Positions 1 through 13,650 of a stretch of 64,000 nt of DNA are shown here, piece by piece. This stretch comes from Folioceros fuciformis (lineage: Eukaryota). Numbering within the stretch: position 1 is the stretch's first letter; each line of letters begins with the position of its first letter. A program made the translations under genes and the position numbers. Below the pieces are notes generated by a model, which did no database searches, was not told the origin of the DNA, and saw nothing but the letters and a program-made list of their open reading frames with translations. The stretch covers positions 556,922 through 620,921 of the forward strand of contig JBNGIO010006255.1 in assembly GCA_049999805.1 (NCBI GenBank), written 5' to 3'.

Positions 1-1810
1 CAAATTCTAGGGCATCAGTGGAGGTATTTCGAAATGCACCAGTAATGGCCCTACAAGCTAGACGTTGGACTCGTTGGAGGTGTTGAATGTGTCTACGACC
101 TCCGTTGAACCAGACATTGCAGCCGTAATCGAGCTTGGGTAGGACAACACTGATGTATAATTGTCAAAGAAGCTTGGCATTGAGGCCTCAAACTGAATTC
201 CCAAGAGAGATTATAGCTGACAAAGTACGCATTGCAGAAGCCGAAACCTGATGCACATGCGTGTTCCAAGTTAACTTGGAATCCAAATAGAAGCCTTAAA
301 ACCTAATACACTCGGAGGGAGTGATAAGGGAACCATCGGGTAACGAAAGAGTACATTCCTTTGTTGATTCCTTACGCTTCAGAGAAAAATGAATAAGTTC
401 AAACTTGTTAGAATCGAACTCCATGAGGTGCATGGAGGCCCACTCCGATGCCACACGAAGCATAGCCTGAAGTTTTTTTGTAGACCTTTTGCATGAAGGA
501 GCAGTGACATATGCTCCCGTGTCATCAATCCAACCAGTGCCACCACCCATGGTTTGAAGTTGAGTGATGAGATCAGAAGTGAAGAATAGAAAAAAAAAAA
601 AGCAAGATTGGCGAACCCTAGGGTAACCCAAAACTGATGGGAGCAAGAGTGTGATATTGACCATCCAGGCAAAGTGACGTCGCCCGTTGAGACAGAAAGT
701 AGAAGACCCGAAATGGATCAGCGGAGTTGGAATGTCTTTCCTACACAGGACAGATAAAAGAATCTGATGGTTAATTGAGTCATATGCACCTTTGATATCC
801 ATGAGGAGTAGGGAGAGAACATGTCGTTGACCCCAAGCCCTACGGATATCCTGAACAAGGAGAGTTGCTGCATCACTTGTACTTCGTCCCGGCCGACCCC
901 CCAAATGACCGGAGGGAAGGGGACCATGATTGTTCTCAACCAAGAAGGAGAGTAGTGAAGCCATAAAACCCTCCAGGGCCTTGCCTAAGCAATTAAGAAG
1001 AGCAATAGGGCGATATCAGTGGGGTAACAAACAATTAGCCCGATTGAGTTTGCAAAGAATAATTGTGAGCGAGTGACGCCATGTCGAAGGATGATAACCC
1101 AAAGTGGAGCAGTCATGGAAGATATATAAGTAAAATTTTTTGAGAAGGTCCCAACCCCTCTGAAGAAAACCTACAGCAATAGTGTCCAGGCTTGCCGCTT
1201 TCCAGGCCTTCACACCAAAGAGAGCCTGCTGCACCTTGTGCAAAGCAGGGGTGGGCCATGGGACATGGGAAGCAGCGGAAGGGGGAAGAGGAGGGGTGTC
1301 TGAAGAAGAGGGGAATAAAGCAGATTGGAGGACTGCACACTTGGCAGCATGAGAGTGAGCAAGTGACCCGTCTCTAGAAAGTAAAGGAGGAGTGAAAGAC
1401 GAGGAAGCGGGTTTAGTGGAGCGATAAATCTTCCAAATATCCGAGTCGCTAGCCTCCATCAGAAATTTCTTCCAATGGTCCTTCTTGGCAACTTTCACAC
1501 TTCGAAAGTACTCAAATCTAATAGACCGAAAAGCTGCAATATCCCCTGGAGTGTTAGTAATGCGCATGACCCAACGAGCTCGAGCAAGCCCCTTGCGAAG
1601 AAATGAGAGGGTAGGAGACCACCAAGGTTTAGCACGGAGGTGAGGGCGTACCACGGGGATAGAGGCGGAGATAGCCTTTTGTAGAGATATTGTGACTTGA
1701 GCCATAAGATGATCAATCTGAGCAATAGTCTGAGGAAGCCCAAGTTCCACCAAGTTAGTCGAAATCTCGTAAGCTAAAGTGGAAGAAAATTTGTCCCAAT
1801 GAGGGACAAA
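1..1810 (-). mobile_element. Degenerate non-LTR retrotransposon (LINE) ORF2/reverse transcriptase, Tad1-like; continues past the left edge
   Basis: Minus-strand frames read KPWWSPTL..AKKDHWKKFL..IW, *YRPIALLNCLGKALEG, GGRPGRSTSDA, LLMDIKGAYD, GWIDD, FELIHF, then (1-295) YLDSKLTWNTH..VVLPKLDYGCNVW..QRLACRAITGAFRNTSTDALE. The frame is broken by stops and frameshifts. Confidence 0.9.
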
Positions 1811-2179
1811 TGGGAGGACATGAAATCATGAAGCAATGCAGGACTAACCACCATTGTTGCATATTTTGAAACTACCTACCACGTCAAGGATATCAAAATG
1901 AAGAATTAAAAGCACCTATAATAAATACATAAATTATAAAATACATGAGAAAGCAAGAATAAAAAAATCCACCAAGCTGCAAAAGGAAAAAGACGCAATG
2001 ATAGTAGGAGGCCAGAAAACATATATCTACGTTCTCAATTTATATAAAAAGGACATGAGATAAATGCCACCGACACCCAAGGGCCATAGTTGGAGACAGA
2101 ATACTAGAAGGCCAAAATGAGACGTCTACAACCTTAATTCAGAAAGAAAAGGCACGGGAGAAGCCACAGTAGACACTGA

Positions 2180-2237
2180 TTTAACGGGGATGCGCCGCCA
2201 GAGTCGGGGCACTTATTTTAACGGGGATGCGCCGCCG
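2180..2237. repeat. Short direct repeat, 2 x TTTAACGGGGATGCGCCGCC
   Basis: Identical 20-mers at about 2180 and 2217, at an AT-to-GC transition. Confidence 0.8.
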
Positions 2238-5200
2238 GTAGGTAGGGGGTCCAGCGGCCCCTAAGGAGAACTATTTTTAGCCCCAGATTTCTTTTATAGT
2301 ACGAATACCACAAACAAGTATATCGCGCGTTTTGAATAGCCCTGAACCCAAAGGCCGAAGTACGGTTTATCGAATGCAAGCACATGCGAAGCGTCTGAAC
2401 TTCAGGTGCTCAGGCTTATGGGATTAAGAGCGGAGCACAGGAGCTATGAAAAGGGTCGGGGAGAGGTGACCTGCGATTGATCGAGGCCCCTGTGCGATTT
2501 TTATTTTTAGATTTGAGCTTCTAGGAGGTTACAATCTAATTCCAAAAGGGATATCCGACTCCGCCGGGCTCTTGTTGTGCCTTCAGTTCTGGACTCGAAT
2601 TTGCTTGCATTGTGTATTGCCTGTCAGTGTTGGTCCTGAATCATCTTCGACTGAAGGATTTCAATCAGTGAGAGAGTTCAAGAGATGTCATGAGGATAGA
2701 TGGCGTCCTTTCATGGTTCTGAGGTTTAAGTCTGATCGGGCTTGTTTTTTCTTGTTCTTTTCCAGACAGAGTGCTTCCTGACTCGTGACTCGTGTACATC
2801 CTCAACTGTGGCGTGTGGTGTGCACCAGCTGTGTGCCGGAGGAGTTCCAATACACACGTACATTTTGGGGAAGGGGACTGGTGGAACGGGTTTTGAGAAA
2901 TACCATGATGCTGTCACTGGAGTTTGAGGAAGCAAGATGTCATGACGCAGGATGCCGTGCATTTAGAGTTCCGAGGCATAACTGTGAACTGGTCTGTTTT
3001 CCAAGGCTTGTTCTTATCCAAATAGTGTACTTCTGAAATGTGCCTCGTGCACTCTATTAACTGTGTCGTGTAGTGGTCGTGCTGGTGCACACTACTCGTT
3101 CCAATACATGGGGGAGGGAGATTGCTGGAACAGGTTCTGAAGAATGCCATGATGCTCGCCGTGGCGGTCGTGGAATGATAGAAACCTGTATGGCCAACAC
3201 TCGTCAGGGAGGTTTAGTTTTCAAGTGCAGGGACATCATTGTCATCAGGACATGGCACTCATGTCGAAGAACATCCAAGCCAAGAAAACCCCGTGATGGA
3301 GAGAACAACGTTCAGAGCTTCCAGCTTCCTCAGCATCTACACAGATTCCAGGAACAGGAGCAGAATTTTGATTTCATGCGCTCCAGGAGCAAGGACACTT
3401 CCCAACAGGATCCGACCCTTGGAGACCGAAGGAATCCGATTTCTTTGCCCTGTGCATACCATCTCGTTGAAACCCCATTGCCTGCCATCTCGTGGACTGT
3501 CCTAAATAAGTTGCACTGTTAGACCGTTCTCAACAACAATTGCAACAACTTGCCCACACAGGCTGGCCGGGCTTGTCGAAATGACCCCCGGTGGCACTCC
3601 CTACCCTAGCAAGGATCTGAACTTGCAGCCCTGAACTTATGCTCACCCATCAAGGTCATGCCTAAATTATGCCAGGTGACATCAACTTGTCGAGTCTTAT
3701 CGCATGCTGGTCCCGCGGCATCACCTGCTAGCCCGTTTCAAAGCTTGCCAGGTACAAGCTAGAGAAGTCTTCCGTTCGAAAGGGGTAGAGGGCCATTCCA
3801 CCGCCCAAGTCCCTGACCATTTCAGTCCAAGAACACGTAGTCCAGGTTGCACTGAGCAGGTATAGGGCAAAGGAACTGGAAGTCTTAGAATGTGGCTTTG
3901 CATTCGTTCAGTCGAGACATCATCTCCTCCGACTCCGGATTTGGGCTGGCAACTGGGTGAAAGTATGCTTTGTTTCGGGCTATTGCTGTTGATCTCCTCC
4001 GTTTTGTGCACATCTGACACATTCAGCCACTGATCTAATAATAGGTGCGGTCCTCACCATGTGATGTTTCTCCTTCATGGCTGTGGCACGGAGCTGTCGA
4101 AAGCTAGCAGGATCATCTTCTCCGGTCTAGTGGTCTCAAAGCCAAGCAACAGTCTTCACCAAATGGAGATTCAGCAACACAAGGAGCGCAGGAGGTAAGA
4201 GTGTTCAATGTAATCCTGACTACAAGATTGAAGACTTGAAACTGGATACATGCTAGCTAGCTATAGGCAAACCAGGTTTCCTCACGACGATCTACGGGTC
4301 ACAGGACGGGCCGTGTGCTTGTGATCTGCGTATGCATACTGCTGTGAGCTTCGTCCTTCACATCTCCCATGACCTACAAATTAGAGATCTCACGTGGCCC
4401 TGTAGTGCTTCTCTGCAGTGGATGCCTTCTCATGATGCAGCCAGTGCCCCTCTGGTATAATGCACGGCCCTCTCGAGAGCCCTTTGACTCCCGGTGGCAT
4501 ACAACGTTGCTTCCTACTCACTACGGTGCAACCCGCTGTTGAGCCACTTGCGGGCTAAAAACCAAGATGCTGCAAGTGCTGGTGTTCGGCATATGCTTTT
4601 GCGACTGGTAGCTGGCAGTGGGTGGAGCATGGCTTCCTATCGGCAAGTTGTATCAGACGGTCAGACCTCTTCACATTTCTGAACTGCTGCAGCCTGCTGG
4701 CTATGCTCATGGGATGCCTTATCTCTTTATCAATTCCCTGTACGATCACCAGAAATGATCACAAGATATCCAGATTCATTCAGGTGCACGAGACCTAGCT
4801 GTCCTAGCACCCAGTACACACTTAGACTAATTTGTGATGGAGGAGAGCCTTCCGCCACATACTCTGCTGCCACGGACGTACATACATGACGTGTATTTGC
4901 AGCATACAGTACCAAGCCGGCGATCTGGGCACTCGGTACAGCTTCATTGTTGCAAGCAGGCCAATTTATTATATGTACATATTGTGTTACATGCACCAGG
5001 ACAGTATCAAATGCTGTGATGAAAAGGTCTCGCATGTGACTGATGAATCATCCATCCCAGAACGTCGCCTCCCCACTACACGACGAAACGTACACTCGTC
5101 CTTCTCAGGCCTCTCGAGTGTGCGTGTTGTCGGTATGCTCATGCGTTACCGTGTTCAGAATCTGTTTCATCATCGACTGTTGGTTGTTCTGGCTGCAGAC

Positions 5201-6210
5201 CTGATTGAACGTGCTTTATCTATCTCGCTATGGTAAAGAATGACTGCCCTTCTTCGAAACCCTATTTCTACTCATGCTGGACGGAGTGCCCAATTCCAGG
5301 AACAAGCCTCCGTGCGACAATTTGAGACACCCAGCACTCGGACTCGGTGCTCCACTCAGCGGCTTGTTAAAGCACTAAAACGCCATTCTCAACTGTGAGC
5401 TCACGGTACAGTATATTGCACCCAAAATAATCTATACAATCAGATGGCAAGAAGAGCGAGTGATCACTCTCCAAAGAATAAAGTAGTGATACCGCCACCA
5501 CCGCACAATATACACTGTTATCTAAGCAACCCACAAATTGTACACAAAAGTGAGCTGCTGTTTGCCACAGGCTGACTTGGAATCGACATGCATACCAAGT
5601 TCTAAGAATACAATGGGGGTTGTTCACACTGCTATGAAGGAGTACGCAGGAACAAAGGGTGTGATGCCCGGAACATTTTTCGCAGAGTACAGTCTGGTGA
5701 AGGCATGGAAAGGTATGAAGGGGGAACAATATGGAGGAGGACAGACGAAGTGACGACGCTAGCAGGCAGGTTGTGTCCAAGAGAGGCACTTCCCGTTATG
5801 CCGTTATGACAGACAGAGGAGAGAAAGAGGTTTCATCATAGCCACTGTGATGCACACACACTAGCGCGCAGAGGCAAGCAGAGAGAACTTCAAGGCTGGC
5901 TGCAGCAAAAGGATGGGAAGAAGGAGATGCTGAAATAAAAATACTACCTAGTCTAATTGGAGAAGGTCTGGGAGAGCCATCAATGTAGGAGCTCCAAAGC
6001 CTGCCTATCAAAGCATTCAGGAGCCCAACAAAGGTTATACCTGATACCCCAGGGAGCCGTGAGGCAACCTCGCGTGATGAAGCGCAGCAGCACAAGAACA
6101 AGGGCCACTGTGTCAAGGTTTACTGCTTCCTTTCGTACCTTGAGCGAGCGGCCCTGTCAGACAAAATTCGCGGGTGATGAAAATCCACAGGTCGGCGGTG
6201 GCGGCGCAAT

Positions 6211-8281
6211 CTAGCACCAGCAGGAGACGGCGAAGAGCGGATTGTCCTGCCAGCCCAGAGACAAGTAGCCATCTTCCTCGGCCACCCTGTACTTGCCGGC
6301 TGCCGGGTAGAGGTTGACGATGAACCTTCCCACGAGGAACTTGGCCTGGTAGATGCTGTGGGAGCTGAGGGGGGAGAGGTGGAAGCCGGCGTCAGACATG
6401 GCCCGGAACCAGCTGTCCACGGGCATGTGTCGCTTGTAGCGGTCCTCGCCCTCGCAGCCCACGATGTTCATGATCTCGCTCCCGAAGAGGTAGCCCTCCA
6501 CGCTCTCGCGCTCCAGCATTGAGCTGGAGAGCGTGGAGGCGAGGGAGTCGAACATGGAGGAGTAGTAGTGCAGCGCGTCCACGAAGCGCGGGATAAAGGA
6601 GTCGTTGTGGCTCGCGTCCTGCTCCACCAGCGCCACAAGCGCAGGCTCCCAGCCGCGCAGCATGGCCAGAAAGGCCGGGAGCGGGCGCACGGGGCTGTCC
6701 ACCAGCGCGTGTAGCACCGAGACGCAGTTCACCGCCATCACCTCCCCCGGCCGCTGCTGCACCATCCACCCCTCCAGCTCCGTGATGGGCACCGGCAGCG
6801 GGCAGAACTCAAGCGGCACCTGCAGGGAGCGCGCGAAGTCACAGAGGCGCGCCCCCGTGGACAGCACGGTGGGCATGTCATTGGGCCCCCCCGCGGCCGT
6901 GATCCGCAACGCCGGGGGGCCCCCCTTCCGCAGCGACAGTGCCTGGATCAGCGACGGCCATTGCAGGCCCTGCTTGATGTCCAGATCCACGATGTGCACC
7001 TTTCTTTCTCCCTCAAAGACTTCCAGAATCGCCTGGTTCGCACAGAAGTGCGTGATGATGAGGTAAGGGCAGCAGGCGTAAAACACCTGTAACAACAACA
7101 ACAGCCCAGCAAGGCGACGGCAGCAATGAGTGACCCCGTGTGTCAGACGGCACGCACGCACAGGCAAGCATGTATCTGGGAACTGGTGCCTGCAGCAACT
7201 GCAGTCAATCAAGCTCCAGGTCCAGGAAAGCAAATCACACAGCTCACACACGCACACGGATTCCCATGGCCATCTCTCAGCTTTGCCAGCTTGCCTGGCC
7301 TGACAAGACACGGTGTGAGGAGGGCTGAAGCACACAAAGAAAACAAGGGAAGCAGAAAGAGGCGATGGCGGCAGAGGCATGCACCTGATATGCCACCAGC
7401 GCCTCGTCCGTGGGCACAGCGCCCAGAGGCTGCGAGAGCACGGAGGGGATGGGCAAGCTGAGGCCCAGCCGGAAGGCGAGCGCGTTAGTGAAGTAGGTGG
7501 CCACGCGCTGCATGGCAGAGCCGTGGGGCGACAACATGCGCTTGAGGTGCGACACGATGTTGCAGGCGAGGGTGGTGTGGCCCGCAGCCACGGCCTCCGC
7601 GGCGGCAAGCAGGATGTGCACCACTTCCACGCCGCAGGCCGAGAGCTGGGACTGGCCCCGGGCCTCCACACTGGTGAGGGCCTGCCCGTGTCGCATCGAA
7701 CCAACTAAAGCTCCCTCCCCTTTGCCCCCCGCCTCCAATTGCCTCTCGTCCTTCTTGGTCGGGGACTGGATCTGCATCCGCGCAATCTCGTTGAAAATGG
7801 GCGATCCCACGCTGCTCTTGAACTTGGGGGAGCTCATGGTGACCCCGCAGCTGGTGTCCTGCATGGTGCGGGAGCTGGTGTTGATGCGCCGGAGCTGCGA
7901 CGGCGGCGGCGGCAGCAGCAGCGGCGCCTGCAACGCACCCGCACCCGGGACTCCATCCTCCTGCGACTGCTGCTGCTCCTGCCCGAAGCTCGGCGCGGAT
8001 TCTGCAGACGCCGTAGGCGAAGCGCAGGGCGACATGGAGTTCCCGCTCCCGCCGGAGCTCCCTGGGCGGGCGTACTGGACGCCAAGAGCCTGAGGCGGCC
8101 AGCCACAGCCCTCCTCCTCCTGCTGCCCCGCCGCTGCCTTGGCAGCCGCGGCAGCAGCAGCCGCCAATTTGGCATTGGCTGTAGAGGCGGTGTCGGCGAT
8201 GGCCGGGAAGTCCATGTCTTCCAGAATGTCGCTCAGTCCTGGCAGCATGTCTAGGAGCATGGCCTCCATGTCCACCTCCAT
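6211..8281 (-). CDS. GRAS transcription factor (RAM1/SCR-related), 2 exons 8281-7385 and 7086-6211, about 590 aa
   Basis: LHRI (VVHILLAAAEAVA..SPHGSAMQRVATYF) is joined by a phase-0 GT-AG intron (7384-7087) to VFYACCPY..ANQAILE..VHIVDLDIKQGLQWPSLIQAL, PFYRE (VEQDASHN..RFVDALHYY) and a SAW-like end (LGWQDNPLFAVSCW). First in-frame ATG is at 8281. Confidence 0.95.
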
Positions 8282-9000
8282 GCACACAGATCTACCGTGT
8301 CCTCTCCGAAATGTATTTGCACTTTGCTACATGCAGAAGAAACAAGTGCTGTTGTGCAATGCAACAGCGTCAGCGTCAGAAGACTGCAGCCCCGAGAGCA
8401 GCAGCAGGCACATCTTGCCAGCCCCGGGAGAGGTCTTCCTGAGCGACGCGGCAGAGGCGCGCGCCCCGCAACGGCGAGCGGGCGGGCATCCGCTGCACGC
8501 GCTGGGCCGCCATGGAGGATCTCCACGCCACGCCACGCCTCGCCCGCCGCTCTCGCCCGTCGCGTTGCTTTGCCTTCGCTTCCACCTACGGCTCCGCTTC
8601 TGCTTCTTTGGCTACCACTGCTCGGGACCGACGCGAAGAAAGTGGCCCCGTCCCGTAAATAAGCGGGGAGAGGCGGGAGGGCGAGGCCCCACCAGCCCCA
8701 CCAGGGGACCCGGCGGAGAGGCGGGTTTAATGCCTAGTTTCCGGGGCCAGGAGCAGGGCAAGGAGGAAGGAAGGCTGGACAGCGGCATGGGACAAGGGGA
8801 GGCATCTGCGCGTCTATATCCCGGAGTCGAAACAGGCGACTGCTGCCGCTGCAGCGACAACTCCCCAGATTCCTGCCCCGACGATAAATGGGCACTTTTC
8901 ACCACCTGCCAGGGGGGGGAAAGGGGGGTGCCCGGGTGCCAGCATAAACAACAACAACACCAACAACTTGTGATTATGCATGCGTTTGTTCATCTCCTTC

Positions 9001-9069
9001 ACTTGTTCAATGTATGTGCTGTGTGTTTCCGGAATATACCATCTCGCTCACTTTGTTCGATGCATATGC
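9001..9069. promoter_or_regulatory. Candidate motif cluster upstream of GRAS gene 1: ACTTGTTC plus two P1BS (GNATATNC)
   Basis: ACTTGTTC 9001-9008, GAATATAC 9032-9039 and GCATATGC 9062-9069, about 720-790 bp upstream of the ATG. Short motifs; function untested. Confidence 0.3.
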
Positions 9070-12000
9070 TGTCGCTGCTGGCAGGGGTTGGGCTGGGAGT
9101 AGGGGTTGCTGCCATGATGGATGGAAGAGGCTTTTAGGGTTGTTGTGGACTGAGGTCGGAAACAGGATCCATGATGATATGCCGTTGCCTTGCCACAGGT
9201 GTTGTCGAGTAGAGGGCTGGGAGGGGATGGATTCTGATTCTGGCCAAGGCAACACAACACAAGACAAGCGGCAGGCAGGCCGCGGGAGTTGGAGTGGAGT
9301 GGAGTAGAGTGGACAAGGGGAAGAAAGTACTACTGTACTGCATAGTGCTCCCGATTCATGGCACCGTTGACGTCGGGTACCAGGAGACTGTTGAAGGCAG
9401 TCATGATCGCGCTTTGAGTCTGTACACAACCGTCGCATGGCATCGGCTGGGGCCACCAGGTTAGCAGCTTCATCATCCAGGTTCCTGATCCCCTCACCTA
9501 CTCTGCAACCGTTTCCAATCGGGCCCAGTTTTGAAAGTAGGCAAGGAGGACAACGCACACGGAAGCCGTTTACATTGCAGTGGCATACCCAGCTGCTGGT
9601 TTCCAGTTGACGCAAGTTTTGCACCCAGAAAGACTCTACTGCAATCCGTTAGGCTGCAAGGCCCTTTCACTTCGTTGGTCGGTGTTGCAGACGTCGGACA
9701 AGTCCCACTTCAAGGGCCTGAGAAGATGTGGACTATGGTGGGAAACGGGGAGCGGATTTCGGCCCCGGGCCCATCCCCAGCCCGTCCGAAAGTGGGTACT
9801 ACAGAGGCCATTGCTTTGGGTGAAGTTAGCAAGTGAACAAGCTTTGCTCAAGGTTAAAGTACAAAAGCATAAAAGGACAGAGGGGTTCCGGATCTGGATC
9901 TAGGGGGCACCGGGCCCGAGGACTTGGAGCCTCGTACGCACCGCCGACTTGGGGCCGAGTGGACCACAAGCGATCCTCCTGGACCTGGACCCGGGCCAGA
10001 GCAGCTCGATTTGGAGAAAGCACTTTTATTGGCCAAGGGTGATGGATCTTGCCGCTACTTTCAGTCGATCAGGGCTTGTCTGTTGATTTGTGCTGACAGC
10101 AAACAATGCTGGATCGCATTGCATTGCCATTACATTACACTACACTGTAGAAAAGGCAGCTTAGCGGAGCCTGGCATATGCTTACGTAAGTTCCGACACA
10201 TTAAACTAGCATTTGAGTATTGGACTGGAGCAAGGGCCTGGTGAGCAGGAGCAGCCACTTGTTTTGTCAGGTTTGTGTTCCATTGAGTGCACCTGCACGT
10301 GCAGGCGAGGCAGGCCCAGCCCGCGGTCCAGGAACCAGGACTCCAGGTCAGGCCATGCCTGGCCATACCCCAGTTTTGCCATGGTGGGCCTGTCAGCAGC
10401 CTCCAGCTCGCAGGCTCATGCTGTGCACAGCCCCAGCCTTGGCCGGATCGAAGACATACACGTTCAAACATGCCTTCTGCGGTAAGGGGTGTGTGTGCAC
10501 ACTATGTCTCGTCACACAGGAACATACAGTAGCTACCACCAGCAGGCCAGAGAAGAGCAGGCAGAGCATGGGCCTGGGCCTGGGCCGGGGCACTGCAGAA
10601 GAGAAAGCGACTCCAAGACTCAAGATGCCCAGAAAGCGTGCTCGGGACTGGGCATAAACCTCCCGGCAACTTGAACATGGCGGCCCCTGTTGCGCCTGCC
10701 ACTCTGCCCGGCCCGATTCTGGCCGATTCAAGTCATACCCCATGCAACGTCGTCGCTTACTGTTTGGTGCCAACTGGGAACCCCGGCAGAGAATCACGGT
10801 CCCTTCCCTGTGCCCATGGCAGGGCCTTGCACGCTGCACCTCCAAGTCTGAACACGCGAAAATGGAATGGAACGGGACGAGACATGCGGATGCATGGAAA
10901 CACGTGCCATCGCTTTTGCAGGGAAGCGCCTCCAAATTTGGGGGCCTGTCTGTGCGACAGTGCGCTGCTGTGATGCTGCTGCCCTCACTTTGTTGCTTCT
11001 TGCGGCCCCACCTCCATCTCTTCCGCTGCGGCTTCCACCCTTTCCCGCTCTCGTTGCGCTTCCCGCTCTCTTGCGCAACTCTCTGAAAGTCCATTACCAG
11101 TACCATATCCATATCGACTCACGGACTATCGCCATCGCCATGGCAATGAAGCGAATTGCAAGTTTGTTGCAACCACAAAACGCCCCATCGGCAAGCGTAC
11201 TTGTTACGGAACGGCCGGCAGGAGTGCGACCATGAATTCTGTACGGGATCCCTTTTCCTGATACATACGTAATGTATGTAACTAGTTCCATCAGGATTCC
11301 TCTGCCACTGCCATAGCTATGCTGTCCTCCTCCTCTGATCTTATGCCCTGACCCTGACCCCGCTCATCATCACTTTCACGTTCCTTCCACTTACCCTCAC
11401 AGGCGTCAGCGTCCAGTGTTCAATGTCAACAGACATCAACGTTCAAGACATGACCAGGAACACGAACAGGATGGTTGGATGAACGGAGGAAGAAGGAGCA
11501 GGAGCAGGAGCAGGAGCGGGAGATCATGACGATTCTCTGCACACTTCAAAGGACAAAGCGCGCCAGCGTGCTGACACATCTCCCCCTGCCTTATCTCCCC
11601 GCTTCGTCTTTTCACGACCCATCATTCGAAGATAACATTAAAACCTTCCTGAGGACAATAATACCTACATTAATACTCCCTGCAATACATTCAGTATGTA
11701 TGTACAATATTTTAGGCATTGTTGTACAGGCTACCACTTGGAGACTGTACCGGCAGTCATTCATGATAAACGCCACCAGCATAGCTGGCCTGGATTCACG
11801 TCTCACGGTCAAAAAACGCGGAACGGCTTCACACTCAGAATAGAAAGCGTACTGGCACCATTTTGCCCCGCTCATGAATGGCCGCCCAGCAACCCGCCAT
11901 TTGGCTCCGAACGCCAGACTGCAGCGTGCCATGTGCTCCTTTATTTCCACGCCCTGCCTGCAAAACCAGCACGGGATCGGGCCCCGCGGAAGACCAATCA

Positions 12001-13495
12001 GAGTGGAGAGAGAAAAACAAAAATCCTGAGTCGAACCAGTATGATCGCCCAGCGTCGCAGGGTGCCCGCTTGAGTGCATGGCAAGCTGTGTGGGAAGAAG
12101 GGAGCTCCGATGCCATGCAATGTGTCTGTGGACAATGTAATTATGTTGTGGTAAGCTCCTGACGGGTGCACAACATGTCTGCCATGGCTGATATGCCTAC
12201 GGCGTACTGCCTCATTCGTCGATCATGCATTGGCTGGCTTGTGACTCGCACTGGATCCACCATGATGTTTTGTTATTCGAGGGGTCGAGAACCGAGTGTA
12301 ATCTCGAGGCAGGGACACTCTGCATTGCCCTCACTTCAGAACAGCTACCCCGATGTCGAGGCACTGTCCCCAAACCTGCTGCCTGCACTGCAGTACCGCA
12401 CGCTGGGACGATTTCTCGAGAATAGAGGACCTACTGTCTCCGTACCCGCATGCTGCAGGGATGGCGAGACTCGGAGCAGGTTTGTCATATTCTGTTCCTT
12501 TCCTGCGCAGCACAGGTTTTGGGCCCAAATCTCAGTTCCCTCTCTCTCTCTGCTCTCTCGCCTTCTCCGGAATTCGCAGCGCTTCCTGACGCACAGAGAT
12601 TAGTGGCCCCAGAATGTACGGATGGTTTAGCTTGCCTTGCCTCCTGAGTTCCGGAAACCTTGCTAGCTGTACGCCCCGTTTGCTCAGAACTGACGGTCAT
12701 TTCGATGCTGGACATGGCCGCACAACATTCAGTTGCCACATGCAGCAATAGCAACACTCCATCCCGGCCCGAGTGCACCTAACCGGCGCCTTCAGAAGTC
12801 CTCACAAACGGCACTCTCTTGAACCATAGCTGGACTTTCGGCTGTGACCGTTTTCGATTCTGTGAGGAGTTTTCCACCCGGGCAACAACGGTCGAAAGCT
12901 GGAATCTCACGTTACTGGCACATGCTAGCGCCATAGCCAAACGACTAAGGTCTTTCCAGAACCACGGAGCCTCCGGCTCCGAGCACGTATTCACATTCAA
13001 TGATTGTGCCACGAATCCCCGATGGACAGCTTTGTGGAACGAGTATCGGTTCAATGACACTGAAATGCACAAGACCGTCCAGACTCCAACTCCAGAAAGC
13101 TCTACACCACGTACCCCGGGTACTCAGGCACCCGTTGTTGCTACATCGTACTGTCGAGAGTACAACTACAGTCCTTCCTTCCGAAAGAGCGATGGACGTT
13201 CATAAGATTGTGTGATTAGCATATGTAAGCTGCATTAAACGGATGAATGAGGAGCTTGTGTTAACGGTGCTGCCCGAGTAGCGAAATTCCACGTGTTGTC
13301 ACCAAGTAAGAGTTGTCATGTTTGCAAGCCGGTCCAGCTCACTAAAGCAAATTTATTATGTCTGCAAACAGCTGTTATCACAGCATCACGTCTCCAGGTC
13401 CTTGTTCGCAAAACATTGGAAGTGATCGCGTGTCCAGAACATAATCTCCCTGTTTGTCTCATTACGTCACAAGTATGCCTCTCATGTCCATGGAT

Positions 13496-13650
13496 GCAAG
13501 CAGTTGTTCTAGGAGTTTGGTGTTTGAAGTCGACGAGTCTGGCTTTATCAGTGTCAAACTTGCGAGCAGTTGTTTTCAGAGCTGTTGTATGTTTGAAGGC
13601 CAAAATTCTCGCTGTATCAGTATCATGCCTGCAAGTAGTTGCTCTCACAA
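13496..13650. repeat. Degenerate tandem repeat, about 66-69 bp, roughly 2.3 copies
   Basis: GCRAGCAGTTGTT...TGTTTGAAG...TATCAGT recurs; the minus-strand translation repeats DTDxARxxxFKH. Confidence 0.6.

Noticed and set aside
2300-5800. Short ORFs between the LINE and GRAS gene 1
   Set aside because: No recognisable motif or supported exon chain.
7087-7704. 497-aa ORF 6211-7704 as the full GRAS protein
   Set aside because: Its N-terminal part reads through the intron and an off-frame exon; the LHRI motif is in the 7277-8287 frame.
8139-13200. 100-330 aa ORFs upstream of GRAS gene 1
   Set aside because: Low-complexity, no motifs and no consistent splice chain; more likely promoter or intergenic DNA.
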